64,000 nucleotides of DNA from Nitrospinaceae bacterium (GCA_965237905.1 OZ250172.1:736001-800000), one strand, 5' to 3'. Positions 52,395 to 62,700 are shown, numbered from the stretch's first letter. The notes: generated by a model not told the origin, from the letters alone. A program made the numbers and translations.

Positions 52395-53648
52395 TCAGGA
52401 GAACAGCTTGATGGCCCGGCGAATACTGGCGGCCAAGGCATCCAGCTCTTCATATTTATTGTAAAACGAGGCCGAAGCGCGGGAAGTCGCGGGCACACCG
52501 AACCGTTTCATAGTCGGTTGCGCGCAATGATGTCCGCCCCGAACCGCGATGCCGTCCTGGTCCAGCAGAGTCACCACATCATGCGGATGAATAACGTCGA
52601 TATGGAAGGACAGGATACTGGCTTTGTGGGCGGCGGTGCCGATGATGTTCAACCCGTCGATTTCGGACAGTACGCGTGTGCCGTATTCCAACAGCGCGTG
52701 TTCGTATTCGGCAATTTTATCGAGGCCGATTTCTTGAAGATAATCGACTGCTTCGCCGAGACCCATCACTTGGGTAATTGCCGGCGTTCCCGCTTCGAAT
52801 CGGGCGGGCGGATCAGCATACAGGGTTTTCTCAATCGTCACTTGGCGAATCATGTCGCCGCCGGTAACGTAAGGCGGCATCTCCTGCAACACGTCGTATT
52901 TTCCGAATAAACCGCCGACGCCGCTGGGCCCATACATCTTGTGACCGGAGAAGGTGTAGAAATCGCAGTCGATATCCTGCACATCGATTTTTATATGCGG
53001 GGTGCTTTGCGCTCCGTCGATCAGCACCTTGGCGCCCGCCTCGTGCGCGAGCCGGGTGATCTCTTTTATGGGATTCACCGTCCCGAGAGCGTTGGACACA
53101 TGATTGACTGACACGATTCGCGTTTTGGGCGACAGGAGTTTTTCATATTCTTCCATAATGAGCTCACCGCGGTCGTTGACCGGAATAACTTTGAGGTGTG
53201 CCCCTCTGTCCTGGCACAACACTTGCCAGGGCACGGTATTGGCATGATGCTCGATATTGGAGATGATGATTTCATCCCCTTCTTTCACAAACGCCTTGCC
53301 GAAGCTGTACGCCACGAGGTTGATGGCCTGAGTGGTGCCGCTGGTGAAGATGATTTCCTTTTTGTCCGCCGCGTTGAACAACCCGGCGACTTTTTGCCGG
53401 ACGTCCTCGAACATCTGCGTGGCATGTTCGCTTAATTTGTACGCCCCCCGGCGGACGGTGCCGTATTCTTCCGAGTCGAACTGGCGGACCTTCTCGATGA
53501 CGCGCCGCGGCTTCTGCGTGGTGGCGGCATTATCCAGATACACCAGCGGTTTGCCGTGAACCTTTTGCGACAACACAGGGAAATCGGCGCGAATTTTATC
53601 GACATCGAAAGGAGGTTTGGCAGTGGTCAGGGTATCGGACTCAGGCAT
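52395..53648 (-). CDS. sufS: Cysteine desulfurase SufS
   Basis: YLDNAATTQKP, EHHAN, SGHK, RFEAGTP, RGGHHCAQP. Confidence 0.96.
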   Translation of the reverse strand: MPESDTLTTAKPPFDVDKIRADFPVLSQKVHGKPLVYLDNAATTQKPRRVIEKVRQFDSEEYGTVRRGAYKLSEHATQMFEDVRQKVAGLFNAADKKEIIFTSGTTQAINLVAYSFGKAFVKEGDEIIISNIEHHANTVPWQVLCQDRGAHLKVIPVNDRGELIMEEYEKLLSPKTRIVSVNHVSNALGTVNPIKEITRLAHEAGAKVLIDGAQSTPHIKIDVQDIDCDFYTFSGHKMYGPSGVGGLFGKYDVLQEMPPYVTGGDMIRQVTIEKTLYADPPARFEAGTPAITQVMGLGEAVDYLQEIGLDKIAEYEHALLEYGTRVLSEIDGLNIIGTAAHKASILSFHIDVIHPHDVVTLLDQDGIAVRGGHHCAQPTMKRFGVPATSRASASFYNKYEELDALAASIRRAIKLFS

Positions 53649-54966
53649 GTTTCGCCTCCAATTTTTTTAAAAGTACTTCATTCAGATCCGTTACCACGTC
53701 CGGAAACGGAATCGTCTGAATCAGGCTGTCCACAAAACTGGTGGTGAGCAGGGATTTGGCCAATTCCTTGGACAAGCCGCGGGTCTTCAGATAAAACAAC
53801 TGGTCTTCGTCAATTTGCCCGACGGTCGTCCCGTGGGTGCATTTGACGTCGTCCGCGAAAATCATCAGGTTCGGCTTGTTGTCCGCATGCGCCTCGTCCG
53901 ACAGCATGAGGTTGTTGATCAACTGATCCGAGTTGGTCAATTGCGCCCCCTTATCAACAATGACGGTGCCGTCGACACTGGACCGTCCTTTATCGTTGAT
54001 GACGTTTTTGAACAACTGGTTGCTGGAGCAATGCGGCGCTTCGTGATGAATCCGGATGAAATTATGCACCTGTTCCTGATTCACCAAAACAGAGGCTCCA
54101 CTCAGGTGCAATTCCGCGCCTTCCTCTTTCAGGCGCACTTCGTAATGGTGCCGCGTCAGCCGGTTTCCCGAAGAACCATTTCTGCCGAAGAAGCGTGCGT
54201 CGCGATGCAACTGCACCCGCGTCTTTGAACAATGCCAGGACTCGGGGTCATCTTTCTGCACCTGGGTGTAGGTGACACCCGCGCCATCCTTTACAATGAA
54301 GTCATTGACCGCGTTGATGAAATAATTTTCCCGCGTTCCGGCATAGGTGACGATCATCTTGAGCTCCGCCGTTTCCCCCAATCGTATTACCAAACGAGGA
54401 TGGGAGGTCACCGGGGCCGATGCGGAACCGGTCGAAACATAAAGAAACTGCACGGGACTCTCAAACGTGGCCTTGGCGGGAATATCAATCCATACGCCAT
54501 GATGCACAAACGCGCTATTGATCGCGGCGAACACATCGTTTTCATTCTCCAGCGAGTCCAGCAGAGTTTGTTTGATTGCATCGTCGGCCACGGCTTCGGA
54601 CAGGCATTGTATTTTAAATGAATCACCGAGACCAGACAGATCCGAAAGATTTTCCTGAAACGCGCCATTCACGAATACCATCACGCTGTTTTTGCAGGCG
54701 GGATAAACTTTGCTTTGTATCCAAGCGGTATCCACCGGACCGTCGACAGCCAGTTCAAACGAGGTGCCAGCCAACTCGTGCGTATTGACGAAGGTATACA
54801 TCTCATGTTTTTTGTGGGGAAACTTCAACAACTCGAACCGCTCGATACCCGCCTGGTTGACGGGACGCAGGGAGGCCTTGGCTCGGTCTGCTTCCAGAAA
54901 CTTCTTATGGAGCGCGAGCACCGCTGTTTCCGGAGCTTCCGTTTTTTTGACTGCGGATTCGGACAT
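53641..54966 (-). CDS. sufD: Fe-S cluster assembly protein SufD
   Basis: KPNLMIFADDVKCTHG, QLFYLKTRG. Confidence 0.94.
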   Translation of the reverse strand: MSESAVKKTEAPETAVLALHKKFLEADRAKASLRPVNQAGIERFELLKFPHKKHEMYTFVNTHELAGTSFELAVDGPVDTAWIQSKVYPACKNSVMVFVNGAFQENLSDLSGLGDSFKIQCLSEAVADDAIKQTLLDSLENENDVFAAINSAFVHHGVWIDIPAKATFESPVQFLYVSTGSASAPVTSHPRLVIRLGETAELKMIVTYAGTRENYFINAVNDFIVKDGAGVTYTQVQKDDPESWHCSKTRVQLHRDARFFGRNGSSGNRLTRHHYEVRLKEEGAELHLSGASVLVNQEQVHNFIRIHHEAPHCSSNQLFKNVINDKGRSSVDGTVIVDKGAQLTNSDQLINNLMLSDEAHADNKPNLMIFADDVKCTHGTTVGQIDEDQLFYLKTRGLSKELAKSLLTTSFVDSLIQTIPFPDVVTDLNEVLLKKLEAKHA

Positions 54967-54975
54967 AATATTCTC

Positions 54976-55731
54976 TTACTTCGCCGGAGCGGTGACCCAG
55001 TCGTAACCCTGCGCCTCCAACTCGAGGGCCAGATCCTTGCCGCCGGACTTGACAATGGCGCCGCCGCTGAACACATGCACGAAATGCGGCTCGATATAAT
55101 TGAGCAGTCGCTGGTAATGGGTGATCAGGATTAACGCGTTGTTCTTGTTGCTGAGCTTGTTGACGCCTTCCGCGACCACTTTCAGCGCGTCGATGTCCAG
55201 ACCGGAGTCGGTTTCATCCAGAACAGATAATTTGGGACTGAGCACCGCCATCTGCAAAATTTCATTCTTCTTTTTCTCGCCGCCGGAGAAGCCCTCGTTC
55301 AAAAACCGGTCCTTGTATTTTTTATCCATGCCGACCAACTTCATTTTTTCGTCGAGGATTTCATCGAAGTCCAGAGGATCAACCTCTTCTTCCCCTTTGT
55401 GTACCAGTTTAGCGTTGTACGCCATGCGCAGAAACTCGGCGTTGTTAACGCCGGGAATTTCCACGGGATATTGGAACCCCATAAAGATGCCGGCCAGGGC
55501 TCGGTCCTCCGCGTCCATCTCCAGCAGATCTTTTCCGTTGTAGGTGATGCTTCCCTGCGTTACGACGTAGGACGGGTGACCCACCAGCACTTTCGCCAGC
55601 GTACTTTTACCAGAACCGTTGGGTCCCATGATGGCGTGAACTTCTCCAGCGTTCACCGTTAACGAAACGCCCGTGACGATTTCGGTCCCTTCGAACCCCG
55701 CGTGCAAATCTTTGATTTCGAGTAATGACAT
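54976..55731 (-). CDS. sufC: Fe-S cluster assembly ATPase SufC
   Basis: GPNGSGKST, FQYPVEIPGV, FSGGEKKKNE, LDETDSGLDID; ATG 55731 preferred because the ORF extension is REP DNA. Confidence 0.97.
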   Translation of the reverse strand: MSLLEIKDLHAGFEGTEIVTGVSLTVNAGEVHAIMGPNGSGKSTLAKVLVGHPSYVVTQGSITYNGKDLLEMDAEDRALAGIFMGFQYPVEIPGVNNAEFLRMAYNAKLVHKGEEEVDPLDFDEILDEKMKLVGMDKKYKDRFLNEGFSGGEKKKNEILQMAVLSPKLSVLDETDSGLDIDALKVVAEGVNKLSNKNNALILITHYQRLLNYIEPHFVHVFSGGAIVKSGGKDLALELEAQGYDWVTAPAK

Positions 55732-55758
55732 AATTTTATTCAGCCTATGAATTGTTAT

Positions 55759-55869
55759 GTAGTTGCTCGATTTATCGAGCTCTTTATACCACCCCAAGCT
55801 ATAACAAAAACGCCCCATGAATGGGGCAACTACTTTTTTCAGGTGGGATTTATCCTGTTATCCTGTCTA
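55759..55869. repeat. Inverted GTAG-REP doublet plus ATCCTGTTATCCTGTC unit
   Basis: GTAGTTGCTCGATTTATCGAGC (55759-55780, plus strand) and GTAGTTGCCCCATTCATGGGGC (55812-55833, minus strand). Confidence 0.8.
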
Positions 55870-55887
55870 ACTTTGTTTTGCTTTTAT

Positions 55888-57351
55888 CTATCCGACGCTG
55901 TTTTCGAGCTTGAGCGTCAACAGCTTCTGCGCTTCCACCGCGAACTCCATGGGAAGCTGCTTGAACACTTCCTTACAGAATCCGTTGATGACGGCGGTAA
56001 TCGCATTCTCCCTCGAGATGCCCCTCTGCTCAAAATAGAACAACTGTTCCTCGCTGATCTTGGAAGTCGACGCCTCGTGTTCCAGATGAGCGGAACTGTT
56101 GGCCGTTTCGATATAGGGGAACGTATGGGCACTGCTCTGATCGCCCACCAGCATGCTGTCGCACTGCGTATAGTTGCGGGCATTGGACGCGCCCTTGCTC
56201 ACCTTGACCTGCCCGCGGTAGCTGTTACTGGAGTGATCGGCGCAAATTCCCTTGGAGATGATACTGGATTTGGTGTTTTTACCGATGTGGATCATCTTGG
56301 TGCCGGTATCGGCCTGCATGTATCCGTTGGTCAGCGCCACCGAGTAAAACTCGCCCTGGGTATTGTCGCCCTGAAGGATACAGCTGGGATATTTCCAGGT
56401 GATGGCGGAACCGGTTTCCACCTGCGTCCATGAAATTTTGGAGTTGTCCCCGGCACACTTGCCGCGCTTGGTGACGAAATTATAGATACCGCCCTTGCCC
56501 GTTTCCGGATCACCGGCGTACCAGTTCTGCACGGTGCTGTATTTGATCTCGGCGTTGTCGAGCGTCACCAGTTCCACGACTGCAGCGTGCAATTGATTGG
56601 TATCGAACTGCGGCGCAGTACAGCCTTCAAGATAGGACACATAACTGTTTTCGGCACATATAATCAGGGTACGCTCGAACTGTCCGGTTTCTTCCGTATT
56701 GATGCGGAAGTAGGTGGACAACTCCATCGGTGAAATCGTGTCCGGCGGAATGTAAACGAATGAACCGTCGGTGAACACGGCGCTGTTGAGCGCGGCGTAA
56801 TAATTGTCCCCGATCGGAACGACGGTACCCAGATACTCTTCGACCAGCTCGGGATATTCCTGCAATGCCTCGGAAATGGGACAAAAGATAATGCCCACCT
56901 CCATCAGTTTCTTCTTGTGGGTGGTGGCGACACTGACGCTGTCGAACACCGCGTCAACGGCAACATTGGACAGGCGCTTCTGTTCATCCAGCGGAATGCC
57001 CAGCTTCTCGAAGGTGCGGAGCAGTTCCGGGTCGACCTCGTCGAGGCTTTCAATTGTTTTCTTTTTCTTCGGCGCGGAGTAGTAGGAGATATCCTGGAAA
57101 TCGATCTTCGGGTAACGCACGTTCGGCCAGGCCGGTTCCTTCATGGTCAACCATTTCCGGTAAGCCTTGAGCCGGAAATCGAGCATGAACTGCGGCTCTT
57201 TTTTCTTCAGGGAAATGGCGCGGACCACATCTTCGTTCAGGCCTTTGGGCAGGGTATCAGTTTCAATATCCGTCGTGAACCCGTACTTGTATTCATTTTT
57301 CTCCAACACCTCGTCAAGGCTGGTGGTTTTGGAGCTCGTTTCATTCGTCAT
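55888..57351 (-). CDS. sufB: Fe-S cluster assembly protein SufB
   Basis: [43 protein letters not shown]. Confidence 0.98.
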   Translation of the reverse strand: MTNETSSKTTSLDEVLEKNEYKYGFTTDIETDTLPKGLNEDVVRAISLKKKEPQFMLDFRLKAYRKWLTMKEPAWPNVRYPKIDFQDISYYSAPKKKKTIESLDEVDPELLRTFEKLGIPLDEQKRLSNVAVDAVFDSVSVATTHKKKLMEVGIIFCPISEALQEYPELVEEYLGTVVPIGDNYYAALNSAVFTDGSFVYIPPDTISPMELSTYFRINTEETGQFERTLIICAENSYVSYLEGCTAPQFDTNQLHAAVVELVTLDNAEIKYSTVQNWYAGDPETGKGGIYNFVTKRGKCAGDNSKISWTQVETGSAITWKYPSCILQGDNTQGEFYSVALTNGYMQADTGTKMIHIGKNTKSSIISKGICADHSSNSYRGQVKVSKGASNARNYTQCDSMLVGDQSSAHTFPYIETANSSAHLEHEASTSKISEEQLFYFEQRGISRENAITAVINGFCKEVFKQLPMEFAVEAQKLLTLKLENSVG

Positions 57352-57380
57352 TATAAGTACTCCTTAATTCCTTAGAGGAA

Positions 57381-58139
57381 TCAGAATGTCGTATCCATAT
57401 TGGGCGTCACCTGGAGGTCTTTGTAAATCTCCTTCCGGAGGGTCTGCTCGATAAACGACAGAGTGCCGCCTATGGAAGACCCGCAACTGCCGCAGGCGCC
57501 CTGGTATTGAATGATAATCTTCTCACCATCCACCACTTCCTGTACCTGCACGTTGCCGCCGTCGTTCATGAGCGCCGGACGGATTTTCTCGTCCAGCACG
57601 ATATTGATCTGTTGAATCTGTTCTTCCTCGCTCAGCCCCATCCAGGCCTGTTCCTGCAGGTTCAGTTCCTTGATCCCGGCAGGCTTGCCTTCTTCCTTAT
57701 TGATCCCCGCGGCCGCCAGGGCGACTGCTTTGGCGGAGGGATAATTTTCTTTAACAAGTTTTAACAGCTCCGGCACGTTGCCGAACGCCAGTTTTTTCGA
57801 TTCCGGAACAGCGGGCGCATCGGGATCATCCCTCAAGGCGCGCTCGATATCCGCCCCCAAAAGAGAACAGGCCTCGTCCACCGTAAGGTTCTGAGCCATG
57901 GCCGACAACGTTTCGCCGATGGCCACGGACACCTTGCCGCCATAAGCAAAAAACTTGGCACTGTAGACCCGGTCTTCTTCGGTATCCACCAGCCAATAGA
58001 GTTTCATATCCTTGAACTTGGCCTCGACCAGAGCCATACCTTTTTCGGTGGCTTCTTCCTGGTAATAGGCGCCCCGGTTCTTCGGACTCTTAGCGGCGGC
58101 TTCGAATTTTTCGGAAAATTTTTCTTCGGTTACAGACAT
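57381..58139 (-). CDS. NifU-family protein (degenerate IscU-like N-domain plus Nfu C-domain)
   Basis: SPKNRG, AKFFAYG; IRPALMNDGGNV...YQGACGSC. Confidence 0.85.
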   Translation of the reverse strand: MSVTEEKFSEKFEAAAKSPKNRGAYYQEEATEKGMALVEAKFKDMKLYWLVDTEEDRVYSAKFFAYGGKVSVAIGETLSAMAQNLTVDEACSLLGADIERALRDDPDAPAVPESKKLAFGNVPELLKLVKENYPSAKAVALAAAGINKEEGKPAGIKELNLQEQAWMGLSEEEQIQQINIVLDEKIRPALMNDGGNVQVQEVVDGEKIIIQYQGACGSCGSSIGGTLSFIEQTLRKEIYKDLQVTPNMDTTF

Positions 58140-58242
58140 TTATATCACACACTGGGAAGGCGCCTAAATGACCAGAAAAAAGGACCTTATCCCAGACCGT
58201 TACAGGTTCAAACTCCATTTTATATCAAAATTCCGAGAATTG

Positions 58243-58300
58243 CGGGAATAATTAAACCAATTTCAACTGACAACGGGAATAATAAACCAATTATCAGTCG
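58243..58300. promoter_or_regulatory. Imperfect direct repeat upstream of the nifU-suf operon
   Basis: CGGGAATAATTAAACCAATT (58243) and CGGGAATAATAAACCAATT (58274). Confidence 0.5.
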
Positions 58301-58713
58301 ATATCAATCGAACATTAGATGCGGCCTAGAGGCGAAAGGTCTTATAAATTCAAGGAAAATGGCGTTTTTCAGCCCGGCGCGCCTTTCCGGTGACACCATT
58401 TGTACAAGGGGAAACCCAATAAAAAGAGGAAATTATCTCATTTTTAAAGGACCGGACGACGGACCCAAAGAAAAACGGTTTACGCCATATCAACGTAAGT
58501 ATTTGTATTAATTGATAAAATAAACTCTATTCCTTTCCAGATTTAACCTAACTGCTCCTTCTATCGTTCTATTGCTTTCACATCAGGTATGAATATTGGA
58601 TATGGGACATTGCTTTTTTCTGTAATTAAGATACAATATTTGTAGCTTCAAAATTTGTAATTTTAAATATTGCCTGTTTATCCGTACCGCCATCAATAAT
58701 TCGGAGCCCATTA

Positions 58714-59229
58714 ATGCCAAGCGTAACAATCACACGCGAGAAATTTCTCGAAGACCTGCAAGGCCGAACGTTTTCCGATGTACTGAAGGACCCTGAGCAA
58801 CCTTTCGATGCCGTTCTTGAGTTCTTTAATGATGACAACAGGCAACGCCGGATGGAGGAGTCTGAGATACACCACGACAGACCCCCCTTGGCTGGCGTCG
58901 TCCGCGAGCTGGAGTCACACCCAGCTATCGATCAGTCTCTGGCAGAAACACAGACTCAGAGGAGCAAGCGATTACGGCAGGCCGTTGGCGTGGTGGTGCG
59001 CATAATCATGGAATCACGCGGTTGGCGGAAAGCGGGTCGCAAAGGATCGCTGGGTGTCCGGGCTGGTAGGAACCCGTCGGAACCCCCCCACAACACGGGC
59101 GGGCTGGCATTCTGGTTCATTCGGGCCGAGCGCTACTTGCGTGCCGAAGGTATGCCGTTCCAGTCCGTACGAGAGCGTTACCAAAAACTTGAATCCGCGG
59201 TGTCACAACAATCGCATAGTGAAGGTTGA
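58714..59229 (+). CDS. Hypothetical protein
   Basis: 171-aa ORF with natural composition; first gene of the DUF1611-racemase unit. Confidence 0.75.
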   Translation: MPSVTITREKFLEDLQGRTFSDVLKDPEQPFDAVLEFFNDDNRQRRMEESEIHHDRPPLAGVVRELESHPAIDQSLAETQTQRSKRLRQAVGVVVRIIMESRGWRKAGRKGSLGVRAGRNPSEPPHNTGGLAFWFIRAERYLRAEGMPFQSVRERYQKLESAVSQQSHSEG

Positions 59230-59256
59230 AAGCGAATTCAGCAAAGAAAGGTAAAG

Positions 59257-60456
59257 ATGATCAGATATGAAACTACGTTTGCCAAACGGCAAAAGAAAGC
59301 ACAAAGGGAGAACAAACCTGATCCCAAAAAGACAGCCCTGGTCTACTGTGAAAATGAATTCGGCTTAGTGGACGGAAAAACCGCCTCAGCGTTAATTCGG
59401 CACTCTGAAACCTATACCGTCGTTGGGATTATTGACAGTTCATTAGCGGGCAAGGATGCAGGAGAAGAATTAGGAGAAGAAAAGAATGGTATCCCTATTT
59501 TTTCAAATTTAAAAGACGCTTTGAGTAAAATTCCAAAGGTTCCGGATTGCTACATTTACGGAAAGGCTCCCTTAGATACTTATATATCAGTCGAAGAAAG
59601 GCTTCTACTCCTAGAGGCCATGAAAAAAGGAATGGACATCATTAGCGGTCTTCATCAGTTCTTCTCCGAAGACCCCGAGTTCATCCATATGGCCGCTCAG
59701 AGCAATATCCAAATTAGAGACATCAGAAAACCTCCGCTATTAAAAGATCTGCATATCTTTACGGGTCAAATATCCAAAGTAAATGTTCCTGTAATCGCCG
59801 TATTAGGTACCGATTGCGCCTGCGGAAAAATGACTACCGCAGTGGAGCTCAACAAAACCTTAAACAATCTCGGCATAAAGTCGGTACTGATCGCAACAGG
59901 TCAAACCAGCTTGATGCAGGGAGCAAGGTATGGCGTATCGACCGATGCTCTTATCAACCAGTTTGTGGTCGGTGAAATAGAAAACTCCGTTATGCGAGCA
60001 TTTGACAAGGAAAGCCCTGACATCATTTTAGTTGAAGGGCAGAGCGCCGTCAGTCATCCTGCTTTTATGAGTTCTCTCGGCATTTTGAAAGGAAGCATGC
60101 CCGATGGCATTATCCTTCAACATCCACCTGCCAGAACATTCCGGTGTGATTTCCCTCTTTTGGCAATGCCCACGGTTGAGAGCGAAATCAAACTGATTGA
60201 AGCGATTTCTCAAGCTAAGGTGATGGCTATTGCATTGAGCCATGAAAACCTGACAGACGAAGAAATCCTGGAAATCGTGGAGGACTATGAGCAGCGGTTT
60301 CAATTACCGACAACAGATGTGCTGAGTCATGGATGCCGGAAACTTGTCGAAACCCTGGGTAAGCATTTTCCGAAACTAAATCAGAAAACCGATCGAGAGG
60401 ATTTAGCCATAGTTCCTGTATTGGCAACGAGATGGGCAAACCGCCTGGAAAAATAA
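59257..60456 (+). CDS. DUF1611 domain protein (DgcN-like)
   Basis: DGKTA..LIR, SGLH.F, GTDCACGKMTT, ATGQT, VEGQSAVSHPA. Confidence 0.9.
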   Translation: MIRYETTFAKRQKKAQRENKPDPKKTALVYCENEFGLVDGKTASALIRHSETYTVVGIIDSSLAGKDAGEELGEEKNGIPIFSNLKDALSKIPKVPDCYIYGKAPLDTYISVEERLLLLEAMKKGMDIISGLHQFFSEDPEFIHMAAQSNIQIRDIRKPPLLKDLHIFTGQISKVNVPVIAVLGTDCACGKMTTAVELNKTLNNLGIKSVLIATGQTSLMQGARYGVSTDALINQFVVGEIENSVMRAFDKESPDIILVEGQSAVSHPAFMSSLGILKGSMPDGIILQHPPARTFRCDFPLLAMPTVESEIKLIEAISQAKVMAIALSHENLTDEEILEIVEDYEQRFQLPTTDVLSHGCRKLVETLGKHFPKLNQKTDREDLAIVPVLATRWANRLEK

Positions 60457-61542
60457 ATGAAATTGCCCATGCCAAGAATAGAAATTTCCCTAACCCAAAT
60501 ACGAGATAACACACGAATGCTGTCCGAACTTTATGGGCAAAAAGGCATCTCCTTGATGGGAGTTTCTAAAGCGGTACTGGGAGAACCTTCCATTGTCGAA
60601 GCAATGATTCAAGGTGGAGTCCGATTCATTGCCGACTCTCGTATTGAAAACATTCAAAAAATGAAACAAGCCGGGATATCAACTCAGTTTGTTCTTCTCC
60701 GCACTCCTTTAAACCAGGCCGAGTCTGTTGTTCAAAATGCCGACATCAGTCTCAACACTGAGATCGAGACTCTCAAAAAACTTTCCCATTACGCAAAAGC
60801 ACATAATAAAATTCACCAGGTAATTATTATGGTGGAATTAGGTGATTTGCGTGAAGGGATCCTGCCTTGCGATCTTCCTCAATTCATCAGGAAAACTCTT
60901 TCTCTACCCCATATAAAGATTATTGGTATTGGCAGCAACTTGGCTTGTTATGGCGGAGTAAAGCCAGATGATAAAAATATGCACGAACTATCCACGCTGG
61001 CTGATCATATTGAAAAAGAATTTCAGATAAGTTTGGAAATAATTTCCGGCGGGAATTCGGCAAATTATGAGTGGTATAAATCCGCCCAGGATATCGGCAG
61101 GATCAATAATCTTCGCCTGGGCGAATCCATTCTTTTAGGTTGCGAAACTGTGAGCCGAAAAGCGATTCCAGGTTTGCACACGCAAGCATTCCAACTCATT
61201 GCCGAAGTGATCGAATCCAAGAAAAAGCCATCCCTCCCCTTTGGAGAGATCGGTCAAGATACTTTTGGGAATGTCCCCAGTTTCCAGGATCAGGGAATTC
61301 ACCAAAGAGCGATTGTTGCTTTAGGAAGGCAGGACATTGGGGCATCCAGCTTGAAACCTGATAGCGAGCTGGAAATCCTGGGATCCGGCAGTGATCATAT
61401 TATTCTCGACAGCAAGGACCACCATTTGCAGGTTGGAGATGAAGTGAAGTTCAACTTGGATTACCGTGGTCTTCTCGCCGCTATGACTTCTCCTTTTATT
61501 AAAAAACAGTTTATAAATTGCAAGAGTCACGCGGCAGCCTGA
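60457..61542 (+). CDS. Alanine/ornithine racemase family PLP enzyme
   Basis: GVSKAV (PLP Lys), ADSRIEN, MVELGDLREG, ISGGNS, LRLGESILLG, ALGRQD, GSGSDH. Confidence 0.9.
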   Translation: MKLPMPRIEISLTQIRDNTRMLSELYGQKGISLMGVSKAVLGEPSIVEAMIQGGVRFIADSRIENIQKMKQAGISTQFVLLRTPLNQAESVVQNADISLNTEIETLKKLSHYAKAHNKIHQVIIMVELGDLREGILPCDLPQFIRKTLSLPHIKIIGIGSNLACYGGVKPDDKNMHELSTLADHIEKEFQISLEIISGGNSANYEWYKSAQDIGRINNLRLGESILLGCETVSRKAIPGLHTQAFQLIAEVIESKKKPSLPFGEIGQDTFGNVPSFQDQGIHQRAIVALGRQDIGASSLKPDSELEILGSGSDHIILDSKDHHLQVGDEVKFNLDYRGLLAAMTSPFIKKQFINCKSHAAA

Positions 61543-61595
61543 CTCGCCAATAACTACAATCACTCAAGAAAAAGCTGAAATACAAAGAGGGCAAA

Positions 61596-61766
61596 ATGGA
61601 ATCTCACGCTTTTTATGTTCTAGTCACTTCAATGATTGCCAATTTTATCGTATTGGGAATTTCCCTGAACCGGCCGGATTCATTTATGCCTGTTAGCTTG
61701 TCAGCCATTTCAATTTCTCTCCAGGGATACGCCTTGCGGCTGATCGCTATCAACTCGGTCAGCTAA
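61596..61766 (+). CDS. Putative small hydrophobic protein, 56 aa
   Basis: RBS AGAGGG; MESHAFYVLVTSMIANFIVLGISLNRPDSFMPVSLSAISISLQGYALRLIAINSVS. Confidence 0.45.
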   Translation: MESHAFYVLVTSMIANFIVLGISLNRPDSFMPVSLSAISISLQGYALRLIAINSVS

Positions 61767-61975
61767 GGAGCAACACCGGCCAGCCCAGCAGAAGATCGAA
61801 TCCCTGCCCTCTCGAACGCCATTCAAGCGCGTTCCACCATATCAATCCAATAAAAATATGGAAATATCGGGATTCGAAGGGTACTCGGGTAACACCACAC
61901 TATCTCTACAATCTGACACTCAACAAAGACAGGAGGACGCCCTGGGGGAAATCCGGTGAATGGGGTAAGGGGATT

Positions 61976-62011
61976 CAGAAAGCCCGGAAGGAGCCGGATC
62001 GCCCCTCCCGG
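61976..62011 (-). terminator. Putative terminator downstream of the DUF2059 gene
   Basis: Minus-strand 11-bp stem CCGGGAGGGGC/GCTCCTTCCGG followed by CTTTCT. Confidence 0.5.
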
Positions 62012-62027
62012 ATTCTATCTGAGGGGG

Positions 62028-62564
62028 TTAAGCCTTGGTACAGTGATCTTTTTTGCAATCTTCCACAATCATTTTCAAATCATCCATATAATCCTTCAGG
62101 ATTTTCTGGATGAATACCATATTTTTCTCTTTAAAATGATTTGTAAACTCCGCCAAGGCCTCTCCGCTGGATGTCACTTCTTTTTGACCGATATCGGAGG
62201 TATAAAAAGCGATGAGTTGGTCCAACTCGCCGTCGGTAAACTTTGCTCCATAATATTTAGCCCAAGTATCTGTGATTTCCTGGGCGGTCCAAGGGGTATT
62301 CGTGGCTTTTTCTAAAAACCGGTTGAACGCTACCTCGAGCCGGGACATGAACTCTTCATTCGGGTTCAACTGGTTTTTGAGCTGGGCAAACATTTGAGCG
62401 CCCATTTTTTTACAATCCTCTTTACTCTGATCGATTTGCTGCTGCCACATTTCCAGGACGCCTTGAGCCTTCATAAGAGCCTCAATTTTTTCCACTCGGG
62501 TATCGGCGAAAGCAAGACCGGGGACAAGCATCAATACCGTAAAAATAACAATACTCAACTTCAT
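62028..62564 (-). CDS. DUF2059 domain exported protein
   Basis: Signal peptide AFA; YGAKFTDGELDQLIAFYTSDIGQK; RBS AGGAGG. Confidence 0.88.
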   Translation of the reverse strand: MKLSIVIFTVLMLVPGLAFADTRVEKIEALMKAQGVLEMWQQQIDQSKEDCKKMGAQMFAQLKNQLNPNEEFMSRLEVAFNRFLEKATNTPWTAQEITDTWAKYYGAKFTDGELDQLIAFYTSDIGQKEVTSSGEALAEFTNHFKEKNMVFIQKILKDYMDDLKMIVEDCKKDHCTKA

Positions 62565-62654
62565 AACAATATCCCTCCTTTGGGTTATTCATAATCGTGT
62601 CAAAAAACTGCCCCCTTCGAAATCCCACATCTTCAAGCTCTATCGACCGAGGTG

Positions 62655-62700
62655 ATTGCACTCCGGTGATACCCCAAATTGCACTCCGGTGATACCCCAA
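62655..62700. repeat. Perfect 23-bp tandem duplication
   Basis: ATTGCACTCCGGTGATACCCCAA twice. Confidence 0.9.

Noticed and set aside
61940..61975. GGGAAATCCGGTGAA as a cobalamin riboswitch core
   Set aside because: The following TCCG...GCCCCCGCAACTGT elements are absent and there is no suitable downstream gene
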